Counted from the stretch's first letter, positions 1 to 7,538 are shown. The stretch: 24,000 nucleotides of DNA from Amphibacillus cookii (GCF_016908375.1 NZ_JAFBDS010000001.1:381142-405141); one strand, 5' to 3'. Notes: generated from the sequence alone by a model not told the origin. A program made the numbers and translations.

Positions 1-137
1 GCTATGCTATAATTGCTATTTTAGCAATGTTATCTAATTACAGTTTTAACCCATTCATACAAGAAGGTTGGGCGATTGTAATTGCAACAATACTAGCAAG
101 CTTCTTTGGAACGTTTATCATAAGGAGGGAAAAGTAA
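1..137 (+). CDS. 3' end of an AzlC-family branched-chain amino acid permease subunit (partial, runs off window start)
   Basis: Frame 3 is open from the window edge: ...YAIIAILAMLSNYSFNPFIQEGWAIVIATILASFFGTFIIRREK*, a hydrophobic TM-like tail. Its TAA (135-137) overlaps the ATG (137-139) of the AzlD-like gene (TAATG coupling), the usual azlC-azlD layout. Only 45 codons are visible, so identity rests on context. Confidence 0.4.
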   Translation, partial: YAIIAILAMLSNYSFNPFIQEGWAIVIATILASFFGTFIIRREK

Positions 138-430
138 TGCCAACACTTTTCATTATTACTTTAATGGCAGTAGTTACAGCCATTCCACGTCTTATGCCCG
201 CTTTTATTATTGAACGTGTAAAATTTCCAACATGGATCGGTCGCTGGTTAGAGGTCATTCCATATGCGGCATTAGGTGCTTTGATTTTCCCTGGTATTTT
301 AACAGTGGTTCCTGAGCGTCCATACATAGGGCTAGTAGGTGGGGTAGCAGCTATTATTTTAGCGCTATTCCGTGTTCATATTGTCCTTGTGGTTTTAGGC
401 GCTTCGGTTGTTGTTTATTTCGTGCTTTAA
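137..430 (+). CDS. azlD: AzlD-family branched-chain amino acid transport protein (small membrane subunit)
   Basis: Track ORF 68-430 trimmed to ATG 137, 7 nt after AGGAGGG (123-129). 97 aa, very hydrophobic (MPTLFIITLMAVVTAIPRLMP..., VIPYAALGALIFPGIL..., VLVVLGASVVVYFVL), AzlD-like in size and profile. Confidence 0.65.
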   Translation: MPTLFIITLMAVVTAIPRLMPAFIIERVKFPTWIGRWLEVIPYAALGALIFPGILTVVPERPYIGLVGGVAAIILALFRVHIVLVVLGASVVVYFVL

Positions 431-1308
431 TCATCAATGGTCTCAAGGTTGGGTTCTACATGGATATGTGCATGAGGAATACTATATTGATCAGCTAAAG
501 CAATTTCAATACGATCAGTAATCTCATGCCCTTGCGCAACGGTAATTGAGGGATTCACATAGATAATAATATCAAGAAATGTTTGATTACCATGATGTCG
601 CCCTTTAATATCTCTCACTTTAATGATTTCGGGATCTTCCTCGATAAATGTACGAATTACCGCAACGGTATCATCGTCAAATCCATCTGTTAACGTATGA
701 CTTGTATCTTTAAAAATCTTCCAAGCAGTATAAACGATAACACCCCCAACAAAAATACCGGCAATGGGATCAAGCCAGTACCAACCTACTTGCGCGCCTA
801 AAATACCAATTAATGCGGATAAGCTAATTAACGCATCTGATTTATTGCCTTGAGCTGTTGCATACAATGAGCTACTATTTATTTTTTTTGATAAACGTAA
901 GTTAAATACATAGACAGCAATCATTATCATTGTAGAAATTAAAGCCGTCCAACTTGCCAATGCAGTTGGCTGTGTATAAGTACCTGACCAGATGATTTGA
1001 AAGGAAATTAAGATTACCTGTAAACCTACCGTCACCATTATAAAAGAGGCCATTAAAGACGCAATTAATTCAGCTTTGAAGTGTCCATAATGATGATCCT
1101 CATCCGGTGGTTTACGAGAAATGCGTAACCCAATTAACACCGCGATTGAGGCGATGACATCGGTTGTATTATTCAATCCATCCGCTCGAAGGGCTTGGGA
1201 ATTGGCAAAATAAGATACGATTAATTTCGCGATAGCGAGAAGAAGGTATGAGAAGATACTTACCCATGCGCCGCGTTCTCCTTTTTTTAATTGATCATAT
1301 GGATTCAT
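427..1308 (-). CDS. Cation diffusion facilitator (CDF) family divalent-metal efflux transporter
   Basis: Track ORF 427-1380 trimmed to the internal Met (MNPYDQLKKGERGAWVS...) preceded by GGAAGGAAG. Six TM segments, HHYGH and D/H-rich motifs, and a C-terminal cytoplasmic domain (HVEP) typical of CzcD/YdfM-type CDF proteins. The 24-codon N-terminal extension in the track is an antisense reading of repeat copy A. Confidence 0.85.
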   Translation of the reverse strand: MNPYDQLKKGERGAWVSIFSYLLLAIAKLIVSYFANSQALRADGLNNTTDVIASIAVLIGLRISRKPPDEDHHYGHFKAELIASLMASFIMVTVGLQVILISFQIIWSGTYTQPTALASWTALISTMIMIAVYVFNLRLSKKINSSSLYATAQGNKSDALISLSALIGILGAQVGWYWLDPIAGIFVGGVIVYTAWKIFKDTSHTLTDGFDDDTVAVIRTFIEEDPEIIKVRDIKGRHHGNQTFLDIIIYVNPSITVAQGHEITDRIEIALADQYSIPHAHIHVEPNLETIDD

Positions 1309-1345
1309 TGCGTCTCTTCCTTCCTGAAAACGGCATAAAAACAGT

Positions 1346-1453
1346 TTATCACAGATAACCGTCCGTAAAACCTCCCTCAAAATAGAGAGTAGAGCAAATC
1401 AATTGAGGTGGGTGATAACGGAGTCTAATGTTTTGATTCACTCAACGAACCTT
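1346..1453 (+). repeat. Composite structured repeat, copy A (5' module only; possible degenerate tail to ~1570)
   Basis: TTATCACAGATAACCGTCCGTAAAACCTCCCTCAAAATAGAGAGTAGAGCAAATCAATTGAGGTGGGTGATAACGGAGTCTAATGTTTTGATTCACTCAACGAACC aligns by eye along its length with the copies at 7052, 7672, 9431 and 15542(-). It lacks the hairpin array. GTGAACGATTAAGATAC near 1530 weakly resembles the AGTGGGYGGGTAAGATCG junction of the other copies. Confidence 0.75.
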
Positions 1454-1732
1454 TAATCATGGCTGGTTCATTAAATCAGAACATCTTACACTATTTTTTT
1501 CCTATGTTGATTCAATTTAGACTATAAGTGAACGATTAAGATACACGCGGGATGATTACGCTTGAAAAATGGGTTGCTCTTCAGTTAGCAGCTATCAATT
1601 TCTCTTATGATAATTTACCCATAATGCAAAAAAAAAACCGTTTACTTATCATGGAAAAGGGTATATAAAATATAAATATAGATAATTAACCCTACAGCAT
1701 CAACTAAAATGGGATAAAAGGGGCTGGATTCC

Positions 1733-1978
1733 ATGAAAAAACAAAAAGTGTATTATTGTTTGCAACGCACCCATCGTCATTATGCAAAATACATGATAGC
1801 AAAGCGAGATTTATCATTTGAAATAAAGCTAACTGCACAACTAATGTTAGATTCGCTTATTGCAGATTGGAATAAAGCAGATTTTGATCGACAAATTAAC
1901 GAAGCCATTGACCAACACGATGTTGAACGTTTTAAAGAAATAAGTGAGGCTAAAAAACATTATGCTTGGGAATATTGA
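1733..1978 (+). CDS. Small IDEAL-domain-containing protein (putative)
   Basis: 81-aa ORF with AAAGGGG SD. The C-terminal half LTAQLMLDSLIADWNKADFDRQINEAIDQHDVERFKEISEAKK fits the recalled IDEAL-domain pattern (..LD....k..l..ID.AlD..d.e.F..Ls). Followed by a strong terminator. Confidence 0.5.
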   Translation: MKKQKVYYCLQRTHRHYAKYMIAKRDLSFEIKLTAQLMLDSLIADWNKADFDRQINEAIDQHDVERFKEISEAKKHYAWEY

Positions 1979-2022
1979 CATGATAAAACCTTGTCAGTAT
2001 CTGACAAGGTTTTATCATGTCA
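1976..2022. terminator. Perfect 22-bp-stem palindrome (bidirectional terminator-like hairpin)
   Basis: TGACATGATAAAACCTTGTCAG-TAT-CTGACAAGGTTTTATCATGTCA. The stem begins in the stop codon of the upstream gene, and the T/A-rich arms provide U-tracts on either strand. Confidence 0.7.
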
Positions 2023-2110
2023 TCTTTACAGTTGAGGAAAAATGTGTCTATTTGTTAATGATAAATTTATGTTATAGTGTAGGGAGTGTAATAAATTGAG
2101 GTGACTCACA

Positions 2111-2899
2111 ATGAAATTATTAATAACGACAACGCTAATAACGCTAGTATTTCTTAATGGCTGTCAGCAAATACAGCAAGATGATACGGCTAAACATGCT
2201 GATATGGTGTCACAGAAGCGCGGATCTGTTCTAATCGAAAAAGGAATTGTTGAATTATCTGACGAACAAGATCATGATAAGAACGTCGCAGGTATTGATC
2301 CAGAGACAGAATTATATGTGGTTGATAACCCTGACAGTATTGAGGTTTATGTTAATAAACAACGTCGTTTACCTGAAGGCTACGAACCTGATGATTTAGT
2401 TGAACCCGATGTTGAGCACTTATCGCAACAAGGTGTTAATCGTCGTTTATTAAGACAAGAGGCGGCTGAAGCATTAGAGTTATTATTTGAACAGGCTGAT
2501 GAACAGGGAATTGATCTTGTTGCGGTCTCAGGTTATCGCTCTTATGAGCGCCAAAAGACGATTTATCAAAGTAATGTTGCTAATAAAGGGCAAGAGGAGG
2601 CCGATCGTTTTTCAGCGCAGCCTGGGACGAGCGAGCATCAAACCGGCTTAGCGATGGATGTAAGTGCGGCTTCTGTTTCATTTTTACTTGATCAAGCTTT
2701 TGATCAAACGGATGAAGGTAGTTGGTTAGTTGAGCATGCCCATCAGTTTGGTTTTGTTATTCGTTATCCGGAAGGAAAAACAGACATTACGGGTTATGAG
2801 TTTGAACCATGGCACCTTCGCTATCTTGGTGAGGAACTTGCCACTCATCTCTATGAAGAAGATTTAACACTAGAAGAATATTTTGGCTATCATTATTAA
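2111..2899 (+). CDS. Peptidase M15B (VanY/LdcB-like) D-Ala-D-Ala / LD-carboxypeptidase, lipoprotein
   Basis: GAGGTGA SD 7 nt upstream. Signal peptide with lipobox (LVFLNGC). LAS-family zinc motifs SGYRSYERQ, SEHQTGLAMD and EPWHLRY. Confidence 0.85.
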   Translation: MKLLITTTLITLVFLNGCQQIQQDDTAKHADMVSQKRGSVLIEKGIVELSDEQDHDKNVAGIDPETELYVVDNPDSIEVYVNKQRRLPEGYEPDDLVEPDVEHLSQQGVNRRLLRQEAAEALELLFEQADEQGIDLVAVSGYRSYERQKTIYQSNVANKGQEEADRFSAQPGTSEHQTGLAMDVSAASVSFLLDQAFDQTDEGSWLVEHAHQFGFVIRYPEGKTDITGYEFEPWHLRYLGEELATHLYEEDLTLEEYFGYHY

Positions 2900-2903
2900 T
2901 AAA

Positions 2904-2941
2904 AAGCACCTGCAAAAAGTAGTTTTGCAGGTGCTTTTTTA
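2904..2941 (+). terminator. Rho-independent terminator
   Basis: GCACCTGCAAAA (2906-2917) pairs with TTTTGCAGGTGC (2923-2934), 5-nt loop, then a T6 run. Confidence 0.85.
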
Positions 2942-3040
2942 GGTTAGATAGCTTGTTGTCCTGTACTGAGTCAAGCTAACTGAAGAAAAACTTAAAAATT
3001 ATGATACAATAAGAAAAACGGTTAGCGGAGGAATTAGGAA

Positions 3041-4426
3041 ATGGATAAAAGAACGGAGTATGACACCATCGGACCGATTGAAGTCGAACAAAATAAATAT
3101 TGGGGCGCTCAAACCCAACGAAGTCTTGAAAATTTTCCGATTGGTAATGAAAAGATGCCAGATCGATTGATAGAAGCTTTTGTTATGCTAAAGCGAAGTG
3201 CTGCGATCGCCAATCATCAGTTAGGCAATCTATCGAAGTTAAAAAGGGAAGCCATTATTTATGCGTGTGATTGCTTGTTATCTGGTGAGCGAACAGAGCA
3301 TTTTCCACTTGTTGTTTGGCAAACAGGTAGTGGCACCCAAACGAACATGAACGTAAACGAAGTGCTCAGTTATATCGGTAATCAATATTTAATGAATCGA
3401 CAACAAGACGTGCGCCTTCACCCAAATGATGATCTCAATCAATCGCAGAGCTCTAATGATACCTTTCCCACTGCTATGCATATAGCCAGTGTGTTAGCGA
3501 TAGAGGAAGAATTATTACCCGCATTGTTGATGATCACACAAACATTAAAACACCAAAGTGAGAAGTACAAACATGTCGTTAAGATAGGACGTACACATCT
3601 TCAAGATGCAACACCACTGACATTTGGACAAGAAATAACGGGTTGGTTACATATGGTTGAAACAATGACTATCATGATAAAAGAAGATTTAACGTATTTG
3701 CATGAATTGGCAATCGGTGGCACCGCAGTTGGTACTGGGATTAATGCTAATCCGCAATTTGGGAAAATCGTTGCAGAACAATTAACGTTATTTACAAATC
3801 GCCCTTTTCAATCAGCTACTAATAAATTTCATGCACTAACGAGCCATGATCAAATGGTACGTGCACATGGTACTTTGAAAGCATTAGCTGCCGACTTGAT
3901 GAAGATAGCCAATGACGTTAGGTGGCTAGCTAGTGGACCGAGGGCAGGTTTTGGGGAAATTGACATTCCTGCTAATGAACCAGGAAGTTCAATTATGCCA
4001 GGGAAAGTCAACCCTACTCAAGCCGAGGCATTGACAATGGTTGCTGTTCAAGTGATGGGGAATGATGCCACGATTGGTATTGCTGCTAGTCAAGGTAACT
4101 TTCAATTAAATGTGTTTAAACCTGTTATTGCATATAATTTTCTCCAATCGGTACGTTTGTTAGCAGACAGTATCTGTTCTTTTACTGAACGTTGTTTGGT
4201 GGGCCTAACACCTAACGAAGAGAAAATGACTGCTTATTTAAATGATTCACTTATGTTAGTCACAGCATTAAATCCATATATAGGGTATGAAAAAGCCGCG
4301 AAAATTGCTAAAAAAGCCTTTGATGAGCAATTAACATTAAAGCAAGCCGCGATACAATCTAACTTGGTATCGGAAGCTGAATTTGATCAATGGGTAGATC
4401 CTAAACGAATGATTGGCGATGTGTAG
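3041..4426 (+). CDS. fumC: Class II fumarate hydratase
   Basis: 461 aa; fumarate lyase signature GSSIMPGKVNPTQ, plus TGSGTQTNMN and SSNDTFPTAMH motifs. GGAGG SD. Possible extended -10 TGATACAAT at 3002-3010. Confidence 0.95.
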   Translation: MDKRTEYDTIGPIEVEQNKYWGAQTQRSLENFPIGNEKMPDRLIEAFVMLKRSAAIANHQLGNLSKLKREAIIYACDCLLSGERTEHFPLVVWQTGSGTQTNMNVNEVLSYIGNQYLMNRQQDVRLHPNDDLNQSQSSNDTFPTAMHIASVLAIEEELLPALLMITQTLKHQSEKYKHVVKIGRTHLQDATPLTFGQEITGWLHMVETMTIMIKEDLTYLHELAIGGTAVGTGINANPQFGKIVAEQLTLFTNRPFQSATNKFHALTSHDQMVRAHGTLKALAADLMKIANDVRWLASGPRAGFGEIDIPANEPGSSIMPGKVNPTQAEALTMVAVQVMGNDATIGIAASQGNFQLNVFKPVIAYNFLQSVRLLADSICSFTERCLVGLTPNEEKMTAYLNDSLMLVTALNPYIGYEKAAKIAKKAFDEQLTLKQAAIQSNLVSEAEFDQWVDPKRMIGDV

Positions 4427-4518
4427 TCAATCGCGCTAGATTTTTCCTTGCGAGCTAGTAATTAACGCTATTAAAGTAAATAGTTTTACCCATACTAGCA
4501 GTAAGGAGGTGAACAACG

Positions 4519-4719
4519 ATGACTGATAGAAATCAAACAAATAAACTTGTTGTTCCCGGTGTTGAGCAAAAGTTAGAGCAAATGAAATATGAAATTGCAC
4601 AAGAATTCGGAGTTACACCTGGACCGAGTGAAACTGCACGTGCAAATGGATCAGTTGGTGGTGAAATCACTAAAAGACTCGTCCAAGAAGCACAGCATCA
4701 AATCGGCCCACGTTCTTAA
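4519..4719 (+). CDS. Alpha/beta-type small acid-soluble spore protein (SASP)
   Basis: 66 aa; [10 protein letters not shown] and [12 protein letters not shown] are the two conserved alpha/beta SASP blocks. AAGGAGGTG SD. CATACTA (about 4489-4495) upstream resembles a sigma-G -10 box. Confidence 0.9.
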   Translation: MTDRNQTNKLVVPGVEQKLEQMKYEIAQEFGVTPGPSETARANGSVGGEITKRLVQEAQHQIGPRS

Positions 4720-4787
4720 ATAAAAAAAACTTTAATCAGTGGGCGTTTTAGGACGGCTATCTGTAAAGCTATAAGTTAGAAAATTGA

Positions 4788-4822
4788 AGAGAGGCATCGA
4801 TAATTATAATCGATGCCTCTCT
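4788..4822. terminator. Bidirectional terminator between SASP gene (+) and msmX (-)
   Basis: AGAGAGGCATCGAT-AATTATA-ATCGATGCCTCTCT, a perfect 14-bp stem with A-run upstream and T-rich downstream. Confidence 0.8.
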
Positions 4823-4847
4823 TTGTATCATAAAGGGGGGTAAACAC

Positions 4848-5951
4848 TTATTTAATGGCTAACTCTGTTTCTACATCAAAGAAATGGGATTTGTGCATAT
4901 CGAAAGCCAATTGTATATTATCGCCACCATCGACATCGGTGCGTGAATCTACACGAGCAATGAATTCTTGATCAGATAATTTTGAATACAAGTAAGATTC
5001 AGATCCCATCAGCTCCGCCACTTCAATTTGGGCTTTGATTGTTGAACCAGGGTTTGCATCGACAAAAACAGGTTCATCATGAATATCTTCAGGGCGCACA
5101 CCCAGCACAAGTTCTTTACCAATATAGCCTTGTTCACGAAGAACTTTCATTTTTCCTTCAGGGACTTGAATGGTTTGTTTTTCGGAAAGGCGGAATCCAG
5201 CTTCTTCTAACGTTCCATTGAAAAAGTTCATTGCAGGTGACCCGATAAAGCCAGCTACAAAGATATTGTCCGGTTTATCATATACTTCTTTCGGTGCCCC
5301 AACTTGTTGAATTACTCCATCTTTAAGTACGACAATACGCGTTGCCATCGTCATCGCTTCGGTTTGGTCGTGTGTAACATAAATGGTTGTTGTTTGTAGA
5401 CGTTGGTGAAGCTTCTGAATTTCAGCACGCATTTGACCACGCAGTTTAGCATCTAAGTTTGATAATGGCTCATCCATTAAGAATACCTTTGCATCACGAA
5501 CGATAGCACGACCGAGCGCAACACGTTGGCGTTGCCCACCAGAAAGTGCTTTTGGTTTACGATCTAAATAAGGTTCAAGACCAAGTATTTGTGCCGCATT
5601 TTTAACCCGGCGTTCGATTTCATCTTTTTTAAATTTACGCAACTTCAAACCAAATGCCATGTTGTCATATACATTCATATGTGGATATAAGGCATAGTTT
5701 TGGAACACCATGGCGATATCACGATCTTTAGGTGCGACATCATTCATTAGCTTATCATCAATGTAAAATTCACCTGCTGTAATTTCTTCAAGACCTGCGA
5801 TCATACGTAAAGTTGTTGATTTACCACAACCCGATGGACCAACGAATACGATGAATTCTTTGTCTTTGATTTCAAGATTAAAATCATCAACCGCTTTGAC
5901 GCCATCCTTTTCATAAACTTTATCAATATTCTTTAATGATAATTCAGCCAT
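4848..5951 (-). CDS. msmX: Multiple-sugar ABC transporter ATP-binding protein (MsmX/MalK/UgpC family)
   Basis: 367 aa. Walker A GPSGCGKST, signature LSGGQRQR, Walker B VFLMDEPLS, H-loop VTHDQ, C-terminal TOBE-like domain. Near-colinear with recalled B. subtilis MsmX (MAEL...FIVFVGPSGCGKSTTLRM...). Confidence 0.9.
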   Translation of the reverse strand: MAELSLKNIDKVYEKDGVKAVDDFNLEIKDKEFIVFVGPSGCGKSTTLRMIAGLEEITAGEFYIDDKLMNDVAPKDRDIAMVFQNYALYPHMNVYDNMAFGLKLRKFKKDEIERRVKNAAQILGLEPYLDRKPKALSGGQRQRVALGRAIVRDAKVFLMDEPLSNLDAKLRGQMRAEIQKLHQRLQTTTIYVTHDQTEAMTMATRIVVLKDGVIQQVGAPKEVYDKPDNIFVAGFIGSPAMNFFNGTLEEAGFRLSEKQTIQVPEGKMKVLREQGYIGKELVLGVRPEDIHDEPVFVDANPGSTIKAQIEVAELMGSESYLYSKLSDQEFIARVDSRTDVDGGDNIQLAFDMHKSHFFDVETELAIK

Positions 5952-5971
5952 TGTAAAATCCTCCTCAAAAT

Positions 5972-5985
5972 TGTAAGCGTTTTAC
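5972..5985. promoter_or_regulatory. cre-like (CcpA) box upstream of msmX
   Basis: TGTAAGCGTTTTAC matches TGWAANCGNTNWCA at 12/14 positions and lies 21 nt upstream of the msmX start codon. Confidence 0.3.
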
Positions 5986-6057
5986 TTGATGGGTTAAGTC
6001 TACTTTAAAATGGTGTATTGGTAAATGTTAATCATGCACAAAAAGTTATCTTTTGTT

Positions 6058-6071
6058 TGTGCACGCTTACA
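6058..6071. promoter_or_regulatory. cre-like (CcpA) box in the regulator-msmX intergenic region
   Basis: Reverse complement TGTAAGCGTGCACA fits WTGNAANCGNWNNCW with one mismatch. Shares ACGCTTACA with the box at 5972. Confidence 0.4.
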
Positions 6072-6092
6072 AAAATGGTTTTCAGCTATCAT

Positions 6093-6989
6093 TCAATCAA
6101 GATAGCGCTTTATTAACAAAATTAAATATACAGAAATAGCACCCTCAAATTGTTTTACCTCAATTTCAGTTTTCTCGATAAATTTATCAATTCGATACTG
6201 TAGACTATTACGGTGCATATACATTTCTTTAGCAGCAAGACTTGTGTTTGAATTGCATTCAAGAAATGTTTGGATGGAGCGCAATAATTCTTCATCAGTT
6301 GCTGTTTCTTTTAAAATTGCTTTAACTAAAAAATGATAATCGTGTTCTGCACTTAATGTCGGTAATAAATAAGGTACAGCAGAAACATAAGACATCACTG
6401 ACTTGACATTAAAAGCTTTCATTTGATTAAAGCTATCTTTCATCCAATGATAATAACGTTTTGCATCGGTAGGAGAAGTCATATATGGGCCAATATAAAA
6501 ATGGACGTCAATTAAGAAATCGCTTGTGAAAATCTCAGCCATTTCAAAATATGATGGATTATCTTCCTCGAGAAAACGCTGTTCTTCAATGATAATACCT
6601 GATTGCTGATCAATCCACATCAGTGGTGGGGTGATGGGATATAACCCATCAATTGCTTCACGAAAATCTGTTGGATCTGTTAACGATTCAGATAAGCTAA
6701 AGTAGACAAAGCGATAATCTTTAGACAGAAGGTTAAACGTTTCTGGAAATTGTTCAAATAGTAATTGATACCAAAGTTGCTCTCGAGCTGTAATGGGTGG
6801 ATGTGCACCATGGTAGGGTGTTAACATAAGTGATAACAAGGTTAAATCTTTATCATCTAGCTCTGTTTTTGCAATACCGATCACATCATTCGATGATGTC
6901 GTAAACCATTTATACGCATAGAAATCCACACTTTCCTGCTCATTGATAATGGTTAAACTAGGATAAAGTTGTTTTAATTGGTTGATCAT
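6093..6989 (-). CDS. PucR/CdaR-type helix-turn-helix transcriptional regulator (YxkF-like by position upstream of msmX)
   Basis: 298 aa. The C-terminal NTSLAAKEMYMHRNSLQYRIDKFIEKTEIEV is a PucR_C-type HTH. AGAGGGG SD. From memory, B. subtilis has a gene of similar size (yxkF) directly upstream of msmX. Confidence 0.7.
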   Translation of the reverse strand: MINQLKQLYPSLTIINEQESVDFYAYKWFTTSSNDVIGIAKTELDDKDLTLLSLMLTPYHGAHPPITAREQLWYQLLFEQFPETFNLLSKDYRFVYFSLSESLTDPTDFREAIDGLYPITPPLMWIDQQSGIIIEEQRFLEEDNPSYFEMAEIFTSDFLIDVHFYIGPYMTSPTDAKRYYHWMKDSFNQMKAFNVKSVMSYVSAVPYLLPTLSAEHDYHFLVKAILKETATDEELLRSIQTFLECNSNTSLAAKEMYMHRNSLQYRIDKFIEKTEIEVKQFEGAISVYLILLIKRYLD

Positions 6990-7051
6990 ACTTTAAACCC
7001 CTCTAATAACTATTTCTTTATATTATAGCAAATTGCCCTATGAAGCGGTAA

Positions 7052-7330
7052 TGATAATTGGATAACCGACTGTAAAACCCCCTCTCAATTAGAAAGTAGA
7101 GATAAATCTATCTAGGTGTAGGTGATAACTGACGCTCATGTCCTGATGCACTCACCATTAGTGGGTGGGTAAGATCGTAGACTAAAACCGCCACATCTTT
7201 AAAAGGATTACAGACTAAGATCGCCACGTCCTGTGGCAACGTCTGCATGACCTACATCCTGTAGGCCCACGTCTGTATGACCTACAATCCTGTAGCCCTC
7301 CGCCCGCGGATTGAAGGTTCGTTTTATTTA
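7052..7330 (+). repeat. Composite structured repeat, copy B (5' module + closing helix + hairpin array)
   Basis: 5' module 7052-7160 (GATAAC boxes at 7061 and 7124). Closing helix GTGGGTGGG 7161-7169 pairs with TCCGCCCGC 7299-7307. One 33-nt AGACTAA..GGATTAC unit (7179-7211). Three hairpins: GCCAC-GUCCU-GTGGC 7223-7237, CCTAC-AUCCU-GTAGG 7251-7265, CTAC-AAUCCU-GTAG 7282-7295. Tail GATTGAAGGTTCGTTTTATTT. Confidence 0.85.
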
Positions 7331-7367
7331 TACGATCGCTCAGCTTCCTTGTTGTAACGGGTTTAAA

Positions 7368-7402
7368 ATAAAAAAAGATTTCATCATAATGATGAAATCT
7401 TG
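7368..7402 (-). terminator. Rho-independent terminator of tRNA-Arg
   Basis: On the - strand: AAGATTTCATCAT-TAT-GATGAAATCTT followed by TTTTTTATTTT. Confidence 0.75.
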
Positions 7403-7410
7403 TCTGTTAA

Positions 7411-7483
7411 CGCGCTCGGAGGGATTCGAACCCCCGACACATGGCACCGGAAACCATTGCTCTATCCCCTGAGCTACGAGCGC
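7411..7483 (-). tRNA. tRNA-Arg (anticodon CCG)
   Basis: The reverse complement folds as a 73-nt cloverleaf: acceptor GCGCTCG/CGAGCGC, D arm GCTC-AGGGGATA-GAGC, anticodon arm ATGGT-TTCCGGT-GCCAT (anticodon CCG), variable GTGTC, T arm GGGGG-TTCGAAT-CCCTC, discriminator G. No CCA is encoded. Confidence 0.9.
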
Positions 7484-7509
7484 ATAATAGAAACAAAAGG
7501 ACAAGAAAT

Positions 7510-7538
7510 ATTATAACGGATATAAGCATATATTTCAA
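7510..7538 (-). promoter_or_regulatory. Sigma-A promoter for tRNA-Arg
   Basis: On the - strand: TTGAAA (7533-7538), 17-nt spacer, TATAAT (7510-7515), about 25 nt upstream of the mature tRNA 5' end. Confidence 0.65.

Noticed and set aside
1346-1358. TTATCACAGATAA as a Fur box, DnaA box, or MITE terminal inverted repeat.
   Set aside because: It does not fit the Fur 7-1-7 motif (TGATAATNATTATCA) or the DnaA box TTATNCACA in register. The element's 3' end (GATTGAAGGTTCGTTTTATTT) is not an inverted copy of the 5' end, and no target-site duplications are visible.
1309-1380. A 24-codon N-terminal extension of the CDF transporter (track ORF start at 1380).
   Set aside because: The extension (MREVLRTVICDKLFLCRF...) is an antisense reading of repeat copy A. 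The internal Met at 1308 has a proper SD and gives a typical CDF N-terminus.
1381-1420. The repeat 5' module as a T-box leader or other known riboswitch (AGAGA and GGTGG strings).
   Set aside because: It lacks the T-box GGUGGNACCGCG sequence and any terminator/antiterminator pair. It is multi-copy and not consistently upstream of a co-oriented gene.
7135-7150. A conserved mini-ORF inside the repeat 5' module (CTC-ATG-TCC-TGA; ATG-TTT-TGA in copy A), downstream of an SD-like AGGTGA.
   Set aside because: Copy C has TTG..TAA, copy D has ATC (no start codon), and copy E reads through for 19 codons. SD spacing is about 12 nt. Conservation is at the nucleotide level, not the coding level.
7221-7300. 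The 28-30-nt tandem units looked at first like a small CRISPR array (also at 7800-7880 and 9640-9715).
   Set aside because: The units are contiguous with no unique spacers, only 2-3 per locus. They are embedded in a larger repeated element, and no cas genes are present.
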